Shown: positions 29,156 to 38,678 of the stretch, in pieces | How the letters are laid out: each line of letters opens with the position of its first letter | Numbering within the stretch: position 1 is the first letter of the stretch | DNA from: Parasphingorhabdus sp. | Lineage (GTDB): Bacteria > Pseudomonadota > Alphaproteobacteria > Sphingomonadales > Sphingomonadaceae | NCBI RefSeq assembly: GCF_041748495.1 | Contig: NZ_JBGTDD010000058.1 | Location: 208-64,207 of the forward strand | DNA: 64,000 nt | Direction of reading: 5' to 3' | Position numbers and translations under genes: made by a program | Notes under the pieces: model-generated | Databases searched by the model: none | Told to the model about the DNA's origin: nothing | What the model saw: only the letters and a program-made list of their open reading frames with translations

Positions 29156-30115
29156 TCAGGGGGCGTGCTTGTAGGGATGCGCTTCGGCCAGGATAAGGGT
29201 GAAATAATCCTGTTCGTCGCTCCAGTCGCATAGCGGCGTCCAGCCGCCGGCCCGCAGCATCAGCCGGGCATCGCGCAAGCCGAATTTATGACTATTCTCG
29301 ATATGGAGGCGCTGGCCGCTCACCAGACTGTGCATCGTGCCACCGATTGTAAAAGTCACATCCTCCTGAACTTCAAGATAGATTTCGATGCGCGCATAGT
29401 CGTCATTCCAGACGGCTACATGCCGGAACATTTCGACCGGAATATCGCCGTCCAGTTCCCGATTGATCCGGTCGAGCAAATTGAGAGAAAATTGGGCGGT
29501 GACGCCGGCGCTGTCGTCATAGGCATCGATCAGGACCTGTCGATCCTTGACCCGGTCCAGCCCGATCAGCAATTGCGAACCGATGCCCAGGGTTTCGCGC
29601 ATGAAGCGGAGCAGATCGACCGAGGTTCTCGCGATCATATTGCCGATCGTGGAGCCAGGGAAAAAGCCGAGCTTTGGCATGTCAGCGACGGCATCCGGCA
29701 AATCGACCCGCTTCATGAAATCGGCTTCGACGGGATGGATCGGCAGATCGGGAAAATCGCCCTGCAACATCGCGGCGCTGAGTTCCAGAAACTCGCCCGA
29801 GATATCGATCGGCACATAGGCCGCGGGATCGACGGCATGCAAAAGATGAGGGGTTTTGGCGGAGCTTCCCGATCCAAATTCGATCACCGCCCTGCCCTTG
29901 CCAATGGCGGCAGCAAAGTCGGAGCCATGGTCCTGCAGCAATTTCGTTTCGGTCCGGGTGGGATAATATTCCGGCAGTTCGGTTATATCTTCGAACAATT
30001 CCGACCCACGCCGGTCATAGAGCCAGCGCGCGGGCAGCGCATAGGTCCGCTGGTCAAAGCAACGACTTACATCCTTGCGGAATGTATGGTCGATAATGGC
30101 GGTGGGCATATCCAT
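29156..30115 (-). CDS. egtD: L-histidine N-alpha-methyltransferase (ergothioneine pathway)
   Basis: ORF 29156..30148. LPARWLYDRRGSELFEDITELPEYYPTRTE and EFGSGSSAKT are EgtD signatures. The start is at ATG 30115 with AAGGA 9 nt upstream. Confidence 0.88.
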   Translation of the reverse strand: MDMPTAIIDHTFRKDVSRCFDQRTYALPARWLYDRRGSELFEDITELPEYYPTRTETKLLQDHGSDFAAAIGKGRAVIEFGSGSSAKTPHLLHAVDPAAYVPIDISGEFLELSAAMLQGDFPDLPIHPVEADFMKRVDLPDAVADMPKLGFFPGSTIGNMIARTSVDLLRFMRETLGIGSQLLIGLDRVKDRQVLIDAYDDSAGVTAQFSLNLLDRINRELDGDIPVEMFRHVAVWNDDYARIEIYLEVQEDVTFTIGGTMHSLVSGQRLHIENSHKFGLRDARLMLRAGGWTPLCDWSDEQDYFTLILAEAHPYKHAP

Positions 30116-30131
30116 AGCAGAAATCCTTGAC

Positions 30132-31319
30132 CTAAAGGTCTTTTGCAAGCCGCAATCCGGTGAATTGCCAGCGCTGTTGGGGGTAGAAGAAATTGCGGTA
30201 GCTGGGCCTGATATGGCCGGGAGAGGTGGCGGTGCTGCCGCCTTTCAGGACAAATTGCCCGGACATGAACTTGCCATTATACTCGCCCACCGCTCCCTCG
30301 ACAGGCTTGAAGCCGGGATAGGGGCGATAGGCGCTGCCAGTCCATTCCCAGACCAGTCCACTGTTCGGCAAGCCTTGGCAGGCGGCCACTTCCCATTCTG
30401 CCTCGGTCGGCAGACGGGCGCCGGCCCAGGTGGCATAGGCATCCGCCTCGTAGAGACTGATATGCTTGACCGGCGCGGACAGGTCGAGACTTTGGCTGCC
30501 CGTCAATCCAAATTCCGTCCATTGATCGTCGATCCGGTTCCAGTACAGGGGTGTCTCAATATGCTCCTGCTGGACCCAGGCCCAGCCGTCCGAAAGCCAG
30601 CAACCGGGTTCGCGATAGCCACCGCTTTCAATAAACTTGAGCCATTCACCGTTGGTGACTGGCCGGTTCGCCAATGCATGCGGATGGAGCAGCAGTTCGT
30701 GGCGGGGGCCTTCGCAATCAAAGGCAAATGTCCCGCCATCATGGCCAATTTTCTGAACACCGGTGGCCCCTTCTATCCATTGCAACGAAGCCGCTGGCGG
30801 GCCTTGCTCGGGAAACGCATCGGAATAGGCCGGCTGTAGCGGATTGCGGGAGAAAAGATGGAGAATATCGGTAAGCAACAATTCCTGATGCTGTTGCTCG
30901 TGATGGAGTCCGAGTTCGATGAGGTCGAGCAGCGCATCGGAAAAACCGGCCATCGTTTCGGTGATCGCTGCATCGACATGATCGCGGTAGTCCAGCAGTT
31001 CCTCCAGAGACGGCCGGGTCAGCAGGCCGCGTTCCGGCCGCGCATGCCGCGCGCCCTCGGCTTCATAATAGCTATTGAAGAGATAGGGATAGCGATCGTC
31101 AAAGACCGCATAGCCGGCGACATGGTCACGCAGCAGAAAAGTCTCGAAAAACCAGATGGTATGGGCCAGATGCCATTTGGCCGGAGACGCATCATCCATC
31201 GATTGCACGGTCGCATCGGCATCGCTCAAACCGTCGACAAGACGAACCGTATGGCTTCGCACATCCCTGAAACGATCCAGGAGACCGCTAGATCGGGGCA
31301 TATTGACTGCGTCAGCCAA
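30132..31319 (-). CDS. egtB: ergothioneine biosynthesis sulfoxide synthase EgtB (DinB-like plus FGE-sulfatase domains)
   Basis: ORF 30132..31319 (395 aa). It has a DinB-type His motif (WHLAHTIWFFE...HHEQQHQELL) and an FGE-like C-domain (WEWTGSAYRPYPGF...RNFFYP). Confidence 0.88.
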   Translation of the reverse strand: MADAVNMPRSSGLLDRFRDVRSHTVRLVDGLSDADATVQSMDDASPAKWHLAHTIWFFETFLLRDHVAGYAVFDDRYPYLFNSYYEAEGARHARPERGLLTRPSLEELLDYRDHVDAAITETMAGFSDALLDLIELGLHHEQQHQELLLTDILHLFSRNPLQPAYSDAFPEQGPPAASLQWIEGATGVQKIGHDGGTFAFDCEGPRHELLLHPHALANRPVTNGEWLKFIESGGYREPGCWLSDGWAWVQQEHIETPLYWNRIDDQWTEFGLTGSQSLDLSAPVKHISLYEADAYATWAGARLPTEAEWEVAACQGLPNSGLVWEWTGSAYRPYPGFKPVEGAVGEYNGKFMSGQFVLKGGSTATSPGHIRPSYRNFFYPQQRWQFTGLRLAKDL

Positions 31320-31387
31320 GGGCGAAAACGGCTGTTGTGGTTGGCTGGCGATCGATCCTACTCCGGTGGAATCTCGGTTTCACTTCA

Positions 31388-31409
31388 GAACATAGCGCGA
31401 ACAATGTTC
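31388..31409 (-). promoter_or_regulatory. tentative LexA-type (GTTC-N7-GTTC) box upstream of egtB
   Basis: The + strand reads GAACATAGCGCGAACAATGTTC. GAAC-N7-GAAC lies at 31388-31402, which is 69-83 nt upstream of the egtB ATG, and is followed by GTTC. This is a motif match only. Confidence 0.3.
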
Positions 31410-31473
31410 AGGTCAACAACTTATCATGGCGCGATTTGGTTGCAAATCGATATAAACCGTTGCGGCATTGGGT

Positions 31474-32052
31474 CTAGCGCGACGCTCCCGGGACCCACAA
31501 TATATCATCTTTGCCGCCGCCATTCAGCATCCGGGCGAGCACGAACAGATAGTCGGAGAGACGATTGACATAGGCGAGAGCCTGCGGGTTGAGCCGTGTT
31601 TCGCTGCCAGCGGACACGCAGGTCCGCTCGGTCCGTCGGGCCACAGCGCGAACAAGATGGATGGCCGCAGCAGCTTTCGCGCCGCCGGGCAGAATGAAAC
31701 TGGTCAGCGGATCAAGCTGAGCGGTCGCCGCATCAATAAGGTTTTCCAGACGCTCCACCTGTGATGGCACCATCCGGAGGACCATTTCCGAAGGGGCAAA
31801 ATCATCGCCTGCCTCTGCGGGGGTGGCCAGATCCGCACCGAGGTCAAAAAGGTCATTCTGCACGATGCGCAAATCCCGAACCAGGGCATCCTCACTGATT
31901 TCACAAATCGCCACGCCCAGCGCGCTGTTCAGTTCGTCCACATCGCCAATCGCCGCCATGCGCGGGTCACTCTTGGCAATGCGCGAGCCGTCGACCAGTC
32001 CGGTCGTGCCGTCATCGCCGGTTCTGGTATAAATTTTGTTGAGTTTAACCAT
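31474..32052 (-). CDS. PduO-type ATP:cob(I)alamin adenosyltransferase
   Basis: ORF 31474..32052 (192 aa). MVKLNKIYTRTGDDGTTGL is the PduO-type N-terminal signature. Confidence 0.88.
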   Translation of the reverse strand: MVKLNKIYTRTGDDGTTGLVDGSRIAKSDPRMAAIGDVDELNSALGVAICEISEDALVRDLRIVQNDLFDLGADLATPAEAGDDFAPSEMVLRMVPSQVERLENLIDAATAQLDPLTSFILPGGAKAAAAIHLVRAVARRTERTCVSAGSETRLNPQALAYVNRLSDYLFVLARMLNGGGKDDILWVPGASR

Positions 32053-32064
32053 CAGAGCAGTCGC

Positions 32065-32295
32065 CTAGCTTTGGCCGCCTGCCAGCACTAGCAATAACAC
32101 CACCAGCACAATCGCAATCGCCTGATATTTCACCCGGGCAAACATCATTTCATTCTGCTTCTTGTGCGACGCCGTGATGCCGTCGGCATCGACGTCACCC
32201 GGTTCCATATTGGCAAAGGCAATCAGCCCGCGCACGAGTGCGTAAACAACAGCAGCGGCCGCCGCGACGATCATCAATATCAAAATATAGCTCAT
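32065..32295 (-). CDS. twin-transmembrane-helix small protein (HIG1-like)
   Basis: ORF 32065..32295 (76 aa) with two TM helices. The RVKYQAIAIV region is typical of the alphaproteobacterial HIG1-domain family. Confidence 0.7.
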   Translation of the reverse strand: MSYILILMIVAAAAAVVYALVRGLIAFANMEPGDVDADGITASHKKQNEMMFARVKYQAIAIVLVVLLLVLAGGQS

Positions 32296-32304
32296 ATATG
32301 CACC

Positions 32305-33195
32305 TTAAACCTGGGAAAGCGAGATTCCAACCGGGAAGATGCCCTGCCGCAAATCTTGCAGCAGCTTATGCCCGCTGCGCCCGGCCAAACGCAATACGGA
32401 CAAAGAGGCAGAATCCCGACTTTTGGCGAGCTTTTCATCTTTTTCGTCGAGCAATAAGGGATGGTGATAATAAACCGGCGTTGGCAAATCCAGCAGCGCC
32501 TGCAGCAAGCGATGGATGTCAGTGGAGGCAAACAGATCGTCGCCGCGCACGACATGGGTGATTCTATCGCGGGCATCATCAAGGGTCACCGCGAAATGAT
32601 AGGCCACGGGCGTTTCCTTGGGCACCAAAATGACATCACCCAGTCGTTCGGGATCGCTCGCCTGCACTCCGTGCCGTTCATCCCGCCAACCGAGCGGCCC
32701 GCTAAGCGTAACCGCCTTGGCGACGTCCAGCCGCCAGCTGTGCGGCTCTGCTGCCACCCTTTTTCTCGCCAGTCCCGGGTCCATATTCCGGCATGTTCCC
32801 GCATAGACCGGTCCATCGGGACCTTCCGCCTGCGAACCAGAAGCCTGCAATTGCCGCATATCGGAGCGGCTACAGAAACAGGGATATAAGAGACCCATGG
32901 CTTTCAGCCGCTCCGCCGCTTGCGCGTAGCTGTCCAGCCGTTCGGACTGGAAAATCACGTCCCCGTCCCAGTCGAGTCCCAGCCAGTGCAGATCATCGAA
33001 TATGGCAGTGACAAATTCGTCGCGGCTCCGTCCGCGGTCAATATCCTCGATCCGCAGCAGAAACTGGCCACCGCGCGCGCGGGCAAAATCATGCGCGACC
33101 ATCGCGGCATAGGCGTGGCCCAAATGCAACAATCCGTTGGGGCTGGGCGCAAAACGCACCACAATATCTGTATTTAACTGCACACTTGACGTCAT
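32305..33195 (-). CDS. gluQ: tRNA glutamyl-Q(34) synthetase
   Basis: ORF 32305..33195 (296 aa). RFAPSPNGLLHLGHAYAA (HIGH motif) and LLRIEDID are present. It is a truncated GluRS-like protein without an anticodon domain. Confidence 0.85.
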   Translation of the reverse strand: MTSSVQLNTDIVVRFAPSPNGLLHLGHAYAAMVAHDFARARGGQFLLRIEDIDRGRSRDEFVTAIFDDLHWLGLDWDGDVIFQSERLDSYAQAAERLKAMGLLYPCFCSRSDMRQLQASGSQAEGPDGPVYAGTCRNMDPGLARKRVAAEPHSWRLDVAKAVTLSGPLGWRDERHGVQASDPERLGDVILVPKETPVAYHFAVTLDDARDRITHVVRGDDLFASTDIHRLLQALLDLPTPVYYHHPLLLDEKDEKLAKSRDSASLSVLRLAGRSGHKLLQDLRQGIFPVGISLSQV

Positions 33196-33281
33196 CGGGC
33201 GGATATTGTTCTTTGTGTAATAGTCATGTCATGTTCTTAGGGATAAAGAGCGGGCAGTAAAGGACAAGGGAGACAAAGCAC

Positions 33282-33848
33282 ATGTATCACCCCGACTTGC
33301 TGAGGCATCCGGAAAGCTGCCCCTCGCTTGTCCTCAACGCCGACTACACGCCGCTATCTTATTACCCGCTCAGCCTGTGGCCATGGCAGACCGCGATCAA
33401 AGCGGTGTTTCTCGACCGAGTCGATATTGTGTCGAGCTACGAGCGCGAGGTACACAGCCCCAATCTCGACATGAAAATCCCCTCGGTGATTGCGCTCAAG
33501 AAATATATCAAGCCGTCGGAATATCCGGCCTTCACCCGTTTCAACCTGTTTCTGCGCGACAAGTTTGAATGCCAATATTGCGGGTCGCCCCATAATCTGA
33601 CCTTCGATCATGTCATTCCGCGCCGCCAAAAAGGTCGCACGACCTGGGAAAATGTCGCCACTGCGTGCCTGCCCTGCAATCTCAAGAAAGGCGGAAGGAC
33701 GCCGAAGGAAGCGCATATGCAGCTAACAAACCGTCCGATCAAACCGACCAGCTGGCATCTCCAGGAACATGGCCGCGCCTTTCCGCCCAATTTTCTGCAC
33801 GATACCTGGCACGATTGGCTCTACTGGGATATCGTGCTGGAAAGCTGA
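33282..33848 (+). CDS. HNH endonuclease-family protein (conserved single-copy type)
   Basis: ORF 33282..33848 (188 aa). CQYCGSPHNLTFDHVIPRRQKGRTTWENVATACLPCNLKKG is the HNH motif. Confidence 0.8.
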   Translation: MYHPDLLRHPESCPSLVLNADYTPLSYYPLSLWPWQTAIKAVFLDRVDIVSSYEREVHSPNLDMKIPSVIALKKYIKPSEYPAFTRFNLFLRDKFECQYCGSPHNLTFDHVIPRRQKGRTTWENVATACLPCNLKKGGRTPKEAHMQLTNRPIKPTSWHLQEHGRAFPPNFLHDTWHDWLYWDIVLES

Positions 33849-34017
33849 GGCGCGCTTGCGTCCGGTTTCGGCTATCCCCCGGCTATCCGGACTCATTTCG
33901 GCCGATCAGGACCATCCGGCGTACCGGATTCGATTTAACCGCAAATTTGCGCTATGATCACAAAATATTTTGTTGCGTACCCACCGAGTCCGAGAAATTC
34001 TCTTGCCGGAGGTGCAG

Positions 34018-35724
34018 ATGATGATGAAATCACACTTAACATTGGGTACCGCGCTGCTTGCGCTAAGTGCCTATGGCGTCGAAGCCGCTGAGGCTCAATC
34101 CAGTTCTGCTGCCGCTGCCAGCATGGCGGACACGGAACTCGTCCAAATGGCTGGCGCACCGCTTTTTGAAGGCATGGGCGACTATAGTCGCAAAATTTCG
34201 ACCAGTTCAGAAGGCGCCAATCGTTATTTCAACCAGGGCATGGTGCTGGCGTTCGGTTTCAATCATGCCGAAAGCATCAGATCGTTTCGGGCGGCCCAGC
34301 GACTCGATCCCGATTGCGCGATGTGCTTTTGGGGAGAGGCCCTGGCGACTGGTCCCAATATCAATGTAACGAGCAAGGGCAAAGCGGTGATGAGCGAGGC
34401 TGATCGCAAGTCCGCGTTTGCCGCCATCAATCAGGCGATGGCTCTCAAAGAAACGGCGACGCCGCTGGAACAGGCGCTGATCGAAGCGCAGGCCAAACGC
34501 TATAATGGTGATCCGACGACGGATCGTCTGCCGCTGGATCTTGCCTATGCCGAAGCGATGGGTGAAGTTGTTGCAGCACATCCGGAAGATGATGACGCAG
34601 CGGCAATCTACTCCGAGGCATTGATGAACACGATGCCGTGGGACTATTGGTCCGCTGACGGCACGCCCAAACCAGAGACGGAAAAGGTCATCGCCGCGCT
34701 GGAGCGTATCATCGCCCGCAGTCCGCGGCATCCGCTCGCGCTCCACCTCTATCTTCATGCCGTCGAGGCATCCGCAGAGCCGGGCCGGGCGGAGGATGAA
34801 GCGGACACGCTCGCCAATCTGGTGCCCGGATCTGGACACCTCGTGCACATGCCGGCCCATATTTACTGGCGGGTTGGACGCTATGATGATGCTGCCACGG
34901 CAAATATCCGGGCAGCGGCTGTCGATGAAGAATATATCGCTGCCTGCAACGCACAGGGATTCTATCCGGCGATGTATTATCCGCATAATATCCATTTCCT
35001 CTGGGCAGCGACCAGCATGGCGGGCCAAAGCCAAATGGCGATTGATTCGGCGCGTAAAGTCGCTGCAAATGTCCGTATGGAACAAATCGAGCAATTTCCG
35101 ACGGTGGAGTTTTTCAAGACCATCCCGCTGCTAACGCTCACCCAGTTTGGCAAATGGTCAGACATTCTGGCCGAGTCGACCCCGCCCACAGATCTCGATT
35201 ACTCAAACGCAATCTGGCGCTACGCACGGGGTATAGCGATGGCGAATAGCGGTGATATCAAAGGCGCACAGGCCGAGCGCACAAAGCTCGCGGCCGTGAA
35301 GGATTCAGTGCAGATACGCTTTCTGGACAGTGCCGATTATCCCGCCAGTGTCCTGCTCAATATTGCCGATGATCTGTTGCAAGGCGAAATGGCGCTCAGG
35401 TCAGGCGACCCTGATCTGGCAGTCGGCCATTTTGAACGCGCCGTAGAGAAGCAGGATTCCCTTCCCTATACGGAACCGCCCTTTTGGTATTATCCCACCC
35501 GGCAGTCACTGGGGCAGGCGCTGCTCGAAGCGGACCGGCCTGCCGAAGCGGAGGCTGTGTACCGGAAAGATCTGAAAGACTATCCACACAATGGCTGGTC
35601 GATGTCGGGACTTGCCACCGCGCTGGAACGGCAAGGCAAGTTGGAAGAGGCCAAAATGGCAAGAGCCCACTTCGACGTCATCTGGTCCAAGGCAGATGTG
35701 CAGATTGAAGGGTCGCGCCTCTAG
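34018..35724 (+). CDS. secreted TPR-repeat protein, function unknown
   Basis: ORF 33970..35724. The start is at ATG 34018 (MMMKSHLTLGTALLALSAYGVEAAEA signal peptide). TPR-like helical repeats run throughout. Confidence 0.6.
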   Translation: MMMKSHLTLGTALLALSAYGVEAAEAQSSSAAAASMADTELVQMAGAPLFEGMGDYSRKISTSSEGANRYFNQGMVLAFGFNHAESIRSFRAAQRLDPDCAMCFWGEALATGPNINVTSKGKAVMSEADRKSAFAAINQAMALKETATPLEQALIEAQAKRYNGDPTTDRLPLDLAYAEAMGEVVAAHPEDDDAAAIYSEALMNTMPWDYWSADGTPKPETEKVIAALERIIARSPRHPLALHLYLHAVEASAEPGRAEDEADTLANLVPGSGHLVHMPAHIYWRVGRYDDAATANIRAAAVDEEYIAACNAQGFYPAMYYPHNIHFLWAATSMAGQSQMAIDSARKVAANVRMEQIEQFPTVEFFKTIPLLTLTQFGKWSDILAESTPPTDLDYSNAIWRYARGIAMANSGDIKGAQAERTKLAAVKDSVQIRFLDSADYPASVLLNIADDLLQGEMALRSGDPDLAVGHFERAVEKQDSLPYTEPPFWYYPTRQSLGQALLEADRPAEAEAVYRKDLKDYPHNGWSMSGLATALERQGKLEEAKMARAHFDVIWSKADVQIEGSRL

Positions 35725-35862
35725 CAACTGTATCCGCTCGGGGGAAGCACCGGCCGCTCTTGTGGGGTCTCGGCAGGATGCCCGCTGATGGTGTTTCCCA
35801 CGAGTTGATACAGGGGTCTGGTTTCGCTTGACCAATAATCTGTTGCGGTGCAGCATCAATGA

Positions 35863-38550
35863 ATGACCCAATCCCTTATCGTCCGCCAGAATCCTGACAT
35901 CAAATATCTGGGCAAATTGCTCGGCGATGTCATTCGGTCTTATGGTGGCGAAGAACTGTACCGGCGCACCGAATATATCCGTTCCACCAGCGTCGACCGG
36001 CATCGCGGAGTCGCCGACGGCGATGCGATTGACCCGGGACTGGATGCGCTGACCCTTGACGATACGCTGGCTTTTGTCCGCGGCTTCATGCTGTTTTCAC
36101 TGCTCGCCAATCTCGCCGAGGATCGCCAGGGCGTATCGGCGGAAAAAGGCGCGACGGTGGTCGAGGCGATCGAACTGCTGGCCAGCGAAGGGGTCGACCG
36201 GCAAGCGATATTGAACCTGCTCGACGAGGCCCTGATAGCGCCGGTGCTGACCGCCCATCCGACCGAAGTCCGCCGCAAGAGCATCATCGATCACCGGGCC
36301 CGGATTGCCGAGCTGCTGCTGATGAAGGACGCCGGACATATAGAAACACCGCAGGGTGACATGCTCGACGATGCGATCATGCGCCAGATTGCCCTGCTCT
36401 GGCAGACCCGCCCGCTCCGCCGCGAGCGGTTATTCGTTACCGACGAGGTACAGATTTCGCAAAGCTATATGAAGGATGTGTTCCTGCCAGTGCTGCCGCG
36501 GCTCTATGCCAAATGGGAACAGATATTGGGCGCGCGCCTGCCCAGTTTCCTGAAGCTCAACAGCTGGATTGGCGGTGACCGGGATGGCAATCCCTTCGTC
36601 GATGCCCAGGCCATGGAAGAGGCGCTGTCGCGGGCTGCCGAAACCGTGATTGGCTATTATCTGATGTGTGTCCATACATTGGGTGCCGAACTTTCCATCT
36701 CTACGGAACTGGCAGACGTGCCTGAAGCGGTGCTGGCGCTTGCTGAGGCCAGCGGCGACGATGCGCTCAGCCGCAAGGACGAGCCCTATCGCCGCGCCTT
36801 GTCGGGTATCTATGCCAGACTGTCGGCGACCCATCTCAAACTGTGCGACCATGTGCCAGGGCGGGTGTCGGCAATTCCGGCCGAAGCTTATGAGAACCCG
36901 CAACAGTTGCGCGCGGATCTGGTCATTTTGGCCGAGGGGCTCAAAGCGGGTGGCAAGGGCGTCTTCGCTACATCCGGGGCGCTCGGCCGCCTGATCCGGA
37001 CGGTCGAACTGTTCGGCTTTCATCTCGCCACGCTCGATATGCGGCAGAACAGCAAGGTGCACGAACAGGTGGTGGCTGAACTGTTGCAGCGAGCCGGTGT
37101 GGAACCGGATTATCTGGCCCTGGACGAGACAGAACGGGTCAAGCGGCTGCGGGCAGAACTGGCCAATAACCGTCCGCTGGCCAGTCCGTGGATCACCTAT
37201 AGCGAGGAAACGGCCAAGGAATTGTCGATCATCCGTGCCGCCGCCGAAGCCCATCGGAAATATGGCCCCGATGTCATCACCAATTATAATATCAGCAATG
37301 GCGAAAGCGTTTCCGACATATTGGAAGTCTATGTCTTGCTGATGGAGACGGGACTGTACCACGCGCCGACAGAAGAGGAACCGGCACCCGCCTGCCCGAT
37401 CATGGCAGTGCCCTTGTTCGAGACCGTTGCCGATCTGGAAAATGCGCCCGATGTCATGATCGATTTCTTTACCCTTCCCGAAATGCACGCGCTGGCCAGA
37501 GCGCGTGGTCATCAGGAAGTGATGATCGGCTATTCCGACAGCAACAAGGATGGCGGCTATCTGACTTCAACCTGGAGCCTGTTCAAGGCGAGCGATGCCC
37601 TCACCCCGATTTTCGCGGAAGCCGGCATCAAGATGCAGTTGTTCCATGGCCGCGGCGGCGCAGTGGGCCGCGGTGGCGGCTCCGCCTTCGGAGCAATCAA
37701 GGCACAGCCCAAGGGCACCGTCGCCGGCCGTATCCGGATCACCGAACAGGGTGAAGTGATCGCCGCAAAATATGGCACGGAAGATGGCGCGGAGGCCAAT
37801 CTGGAAGCAATGACTTCGGCGGTGCTGATCAACTCGCTGGAGCCTGATCGGACCGACTCCAGGGTGCAGGCCGAATTCGCCTCAGCGATGGACGACATCT
37901 CCCAGGCCGCATTCACCGAATATCGCGATCTGGTCTATGGCGACGACGCGTTCCGCAGCTTTTTCCGGCAGATGACGCCGTTGACGGAGATTGCCAAGCT
38001 CAAGATCGGTTCGCGCCCGGCCAGCCGTACGAAAAGCGACAAGATCGAGGACCTCCGCGCCATTCCCTGGGTGTTCAGCTGGGCGCAGGCGCGGGTGATG
38101 TTGCCCGGATGGTATGGCGTCGGCCAGGCCCTTGCGGCTTTTGATGACAAGGCCAAGCTGATGGATATGGCGCAGAGCTGGCCTTTTTTTCAGGCGACCT
38201 TGTCCAATATGGAAATGGTCCTGGCCAAATCGGACATGGGCATCGCCGCCCGCTATGCCGAATTGGTCGAGGATCAGGCGATGGGTCAGGCGTTTTTCAA
38301 CCGGATCCGTTCCGGCTGGTACCAGACGCGCGACATATTGCTCGAAATCACCGACCAGCCCCATCTGCTGGCGAAAAGCCCATCGCTGTTCAACAGCATC
38401 GAATTGCGCCTGCCTTATATCGAACCGCTCAACCATCTGCAGATCGAGTTGATGAAACGCCTGCGCGCCGGCGAAGACGATCCGCGGATCGGTGAGGGCA
38501 TCCAGCTGTCGCTCAATGCCATTGCTACCGGATTGCGCAACAGCGGCTGA
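35863..38550 (+). CDS. ppc: phosphoenolpyruvate carboxylase
   Basis: ORF 35863..38550 (895 aa). VLTAHPTE, GYSDSNKDGG, FHGRGGAVGRGGG and the C-terminal LRNSG are PEPC signatures. Confidence 0.95.
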   Translation: MTQSLIVRQNPDIKYLGKLLGDVIRSYGGEELYRRTEYIRSTSVDRHRGVADGDAIDPGLDALTLDDTLAFVRGFMLFSLLANLAEDRQGVSAEKGATVVEAIELLASEGVDRQAILNLLDEALIAPVLTAHPTEVRRKSIIDHRARIAELLLMKDAGHIETPQGDMLDDAIMRQIALLWQTRPLRRERLFVTDEVQISQSYMKDVFLPVLPRLYAKWEQILGARLPSFLKLNSWIGGDRDGNPFVDAQAMEEALSRAAETVIGYYLMCVHTLGAELSISTELADVPEAVLALAEASGDDALSRKDEPYRRALSGIYARLSATHLKLCDHVPGRVSAIPAEAYENPQQLRADLVILAEGLKAGGKGVFATSGALGRLIRTVELFGFHLATLDMRQNSKVHEQVVAELLQRAGVEPDYLALDETERVKRLRAELANNRPLASPWITYSEETAKELSIIRAAAEAHRKYGPDVITNYNISNGESVSDILEVYVLLMETGLYHAPTEEEPAPACPIMAVPLFETVADLENAPDVMIDFFTLPEMHALARARGHQEVMIGYSDSNKDGGYLTSTWSLFKASDALTPIFAEAGIKMQLFHGRGGAVGRGGGSAFGAIKAQPKGTVAGRIRITEQGEVIAAKYGTEDGAEANLEAMTSAVLINSLEPDRTDSRVQAEFASAMDDISQAAFTEYRDLVYGDDAFRSFFRQMTPLTEIAKLKIGSRPASRTKSDKIEDLRAIPWVFSWAQARVMLPGWYGVGQALAAFDDKAKLMDMAQSWPFFQATLSNMEMVLAKSDMGIAARYAELVEDQAMGQAFFNRIRSGWYQTRDILLEITDQPHLLAKSPSLFNSIELRLPYIEPLNHLQIELMKRLRAGEDDPRIGEGIQLSLNAIATGLRNSG

Positions 38551-38678
38551 TCCGTGCGCATTGACAGCGTGCACAGTCATGATTCCGGCCAACATTATAT
38601 TTTGCGACTTCCGAGCATTTTTGTCAGTCGCCGACGCTGCCGGTAACGCCTAGACTTCTCCGAAATTAGGAGAGATTC

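Noticed and set aside
33282-33848. HNH endonuclease as a homing, mobile or restriction element
   Set aside because: There is no intein or intron context, no methyltransferase, and no repeats or integrase. The gene looks like the conserved single-copy 185-aa HNH family of alphaproteobacteria, sitting divergently from gluQ.
38551-38678. Possible Moco riboswitch in the leader of the molybdopterin oxidoreductase gene (contains TTCCGAGC)
   Set aside because: Only a short fragment resembles the conserved CCGAG core. I could not trace the paired P1-P5 architecture or the other conserved blocks. An Infernal scan (RF01055) would be needed to revive this.
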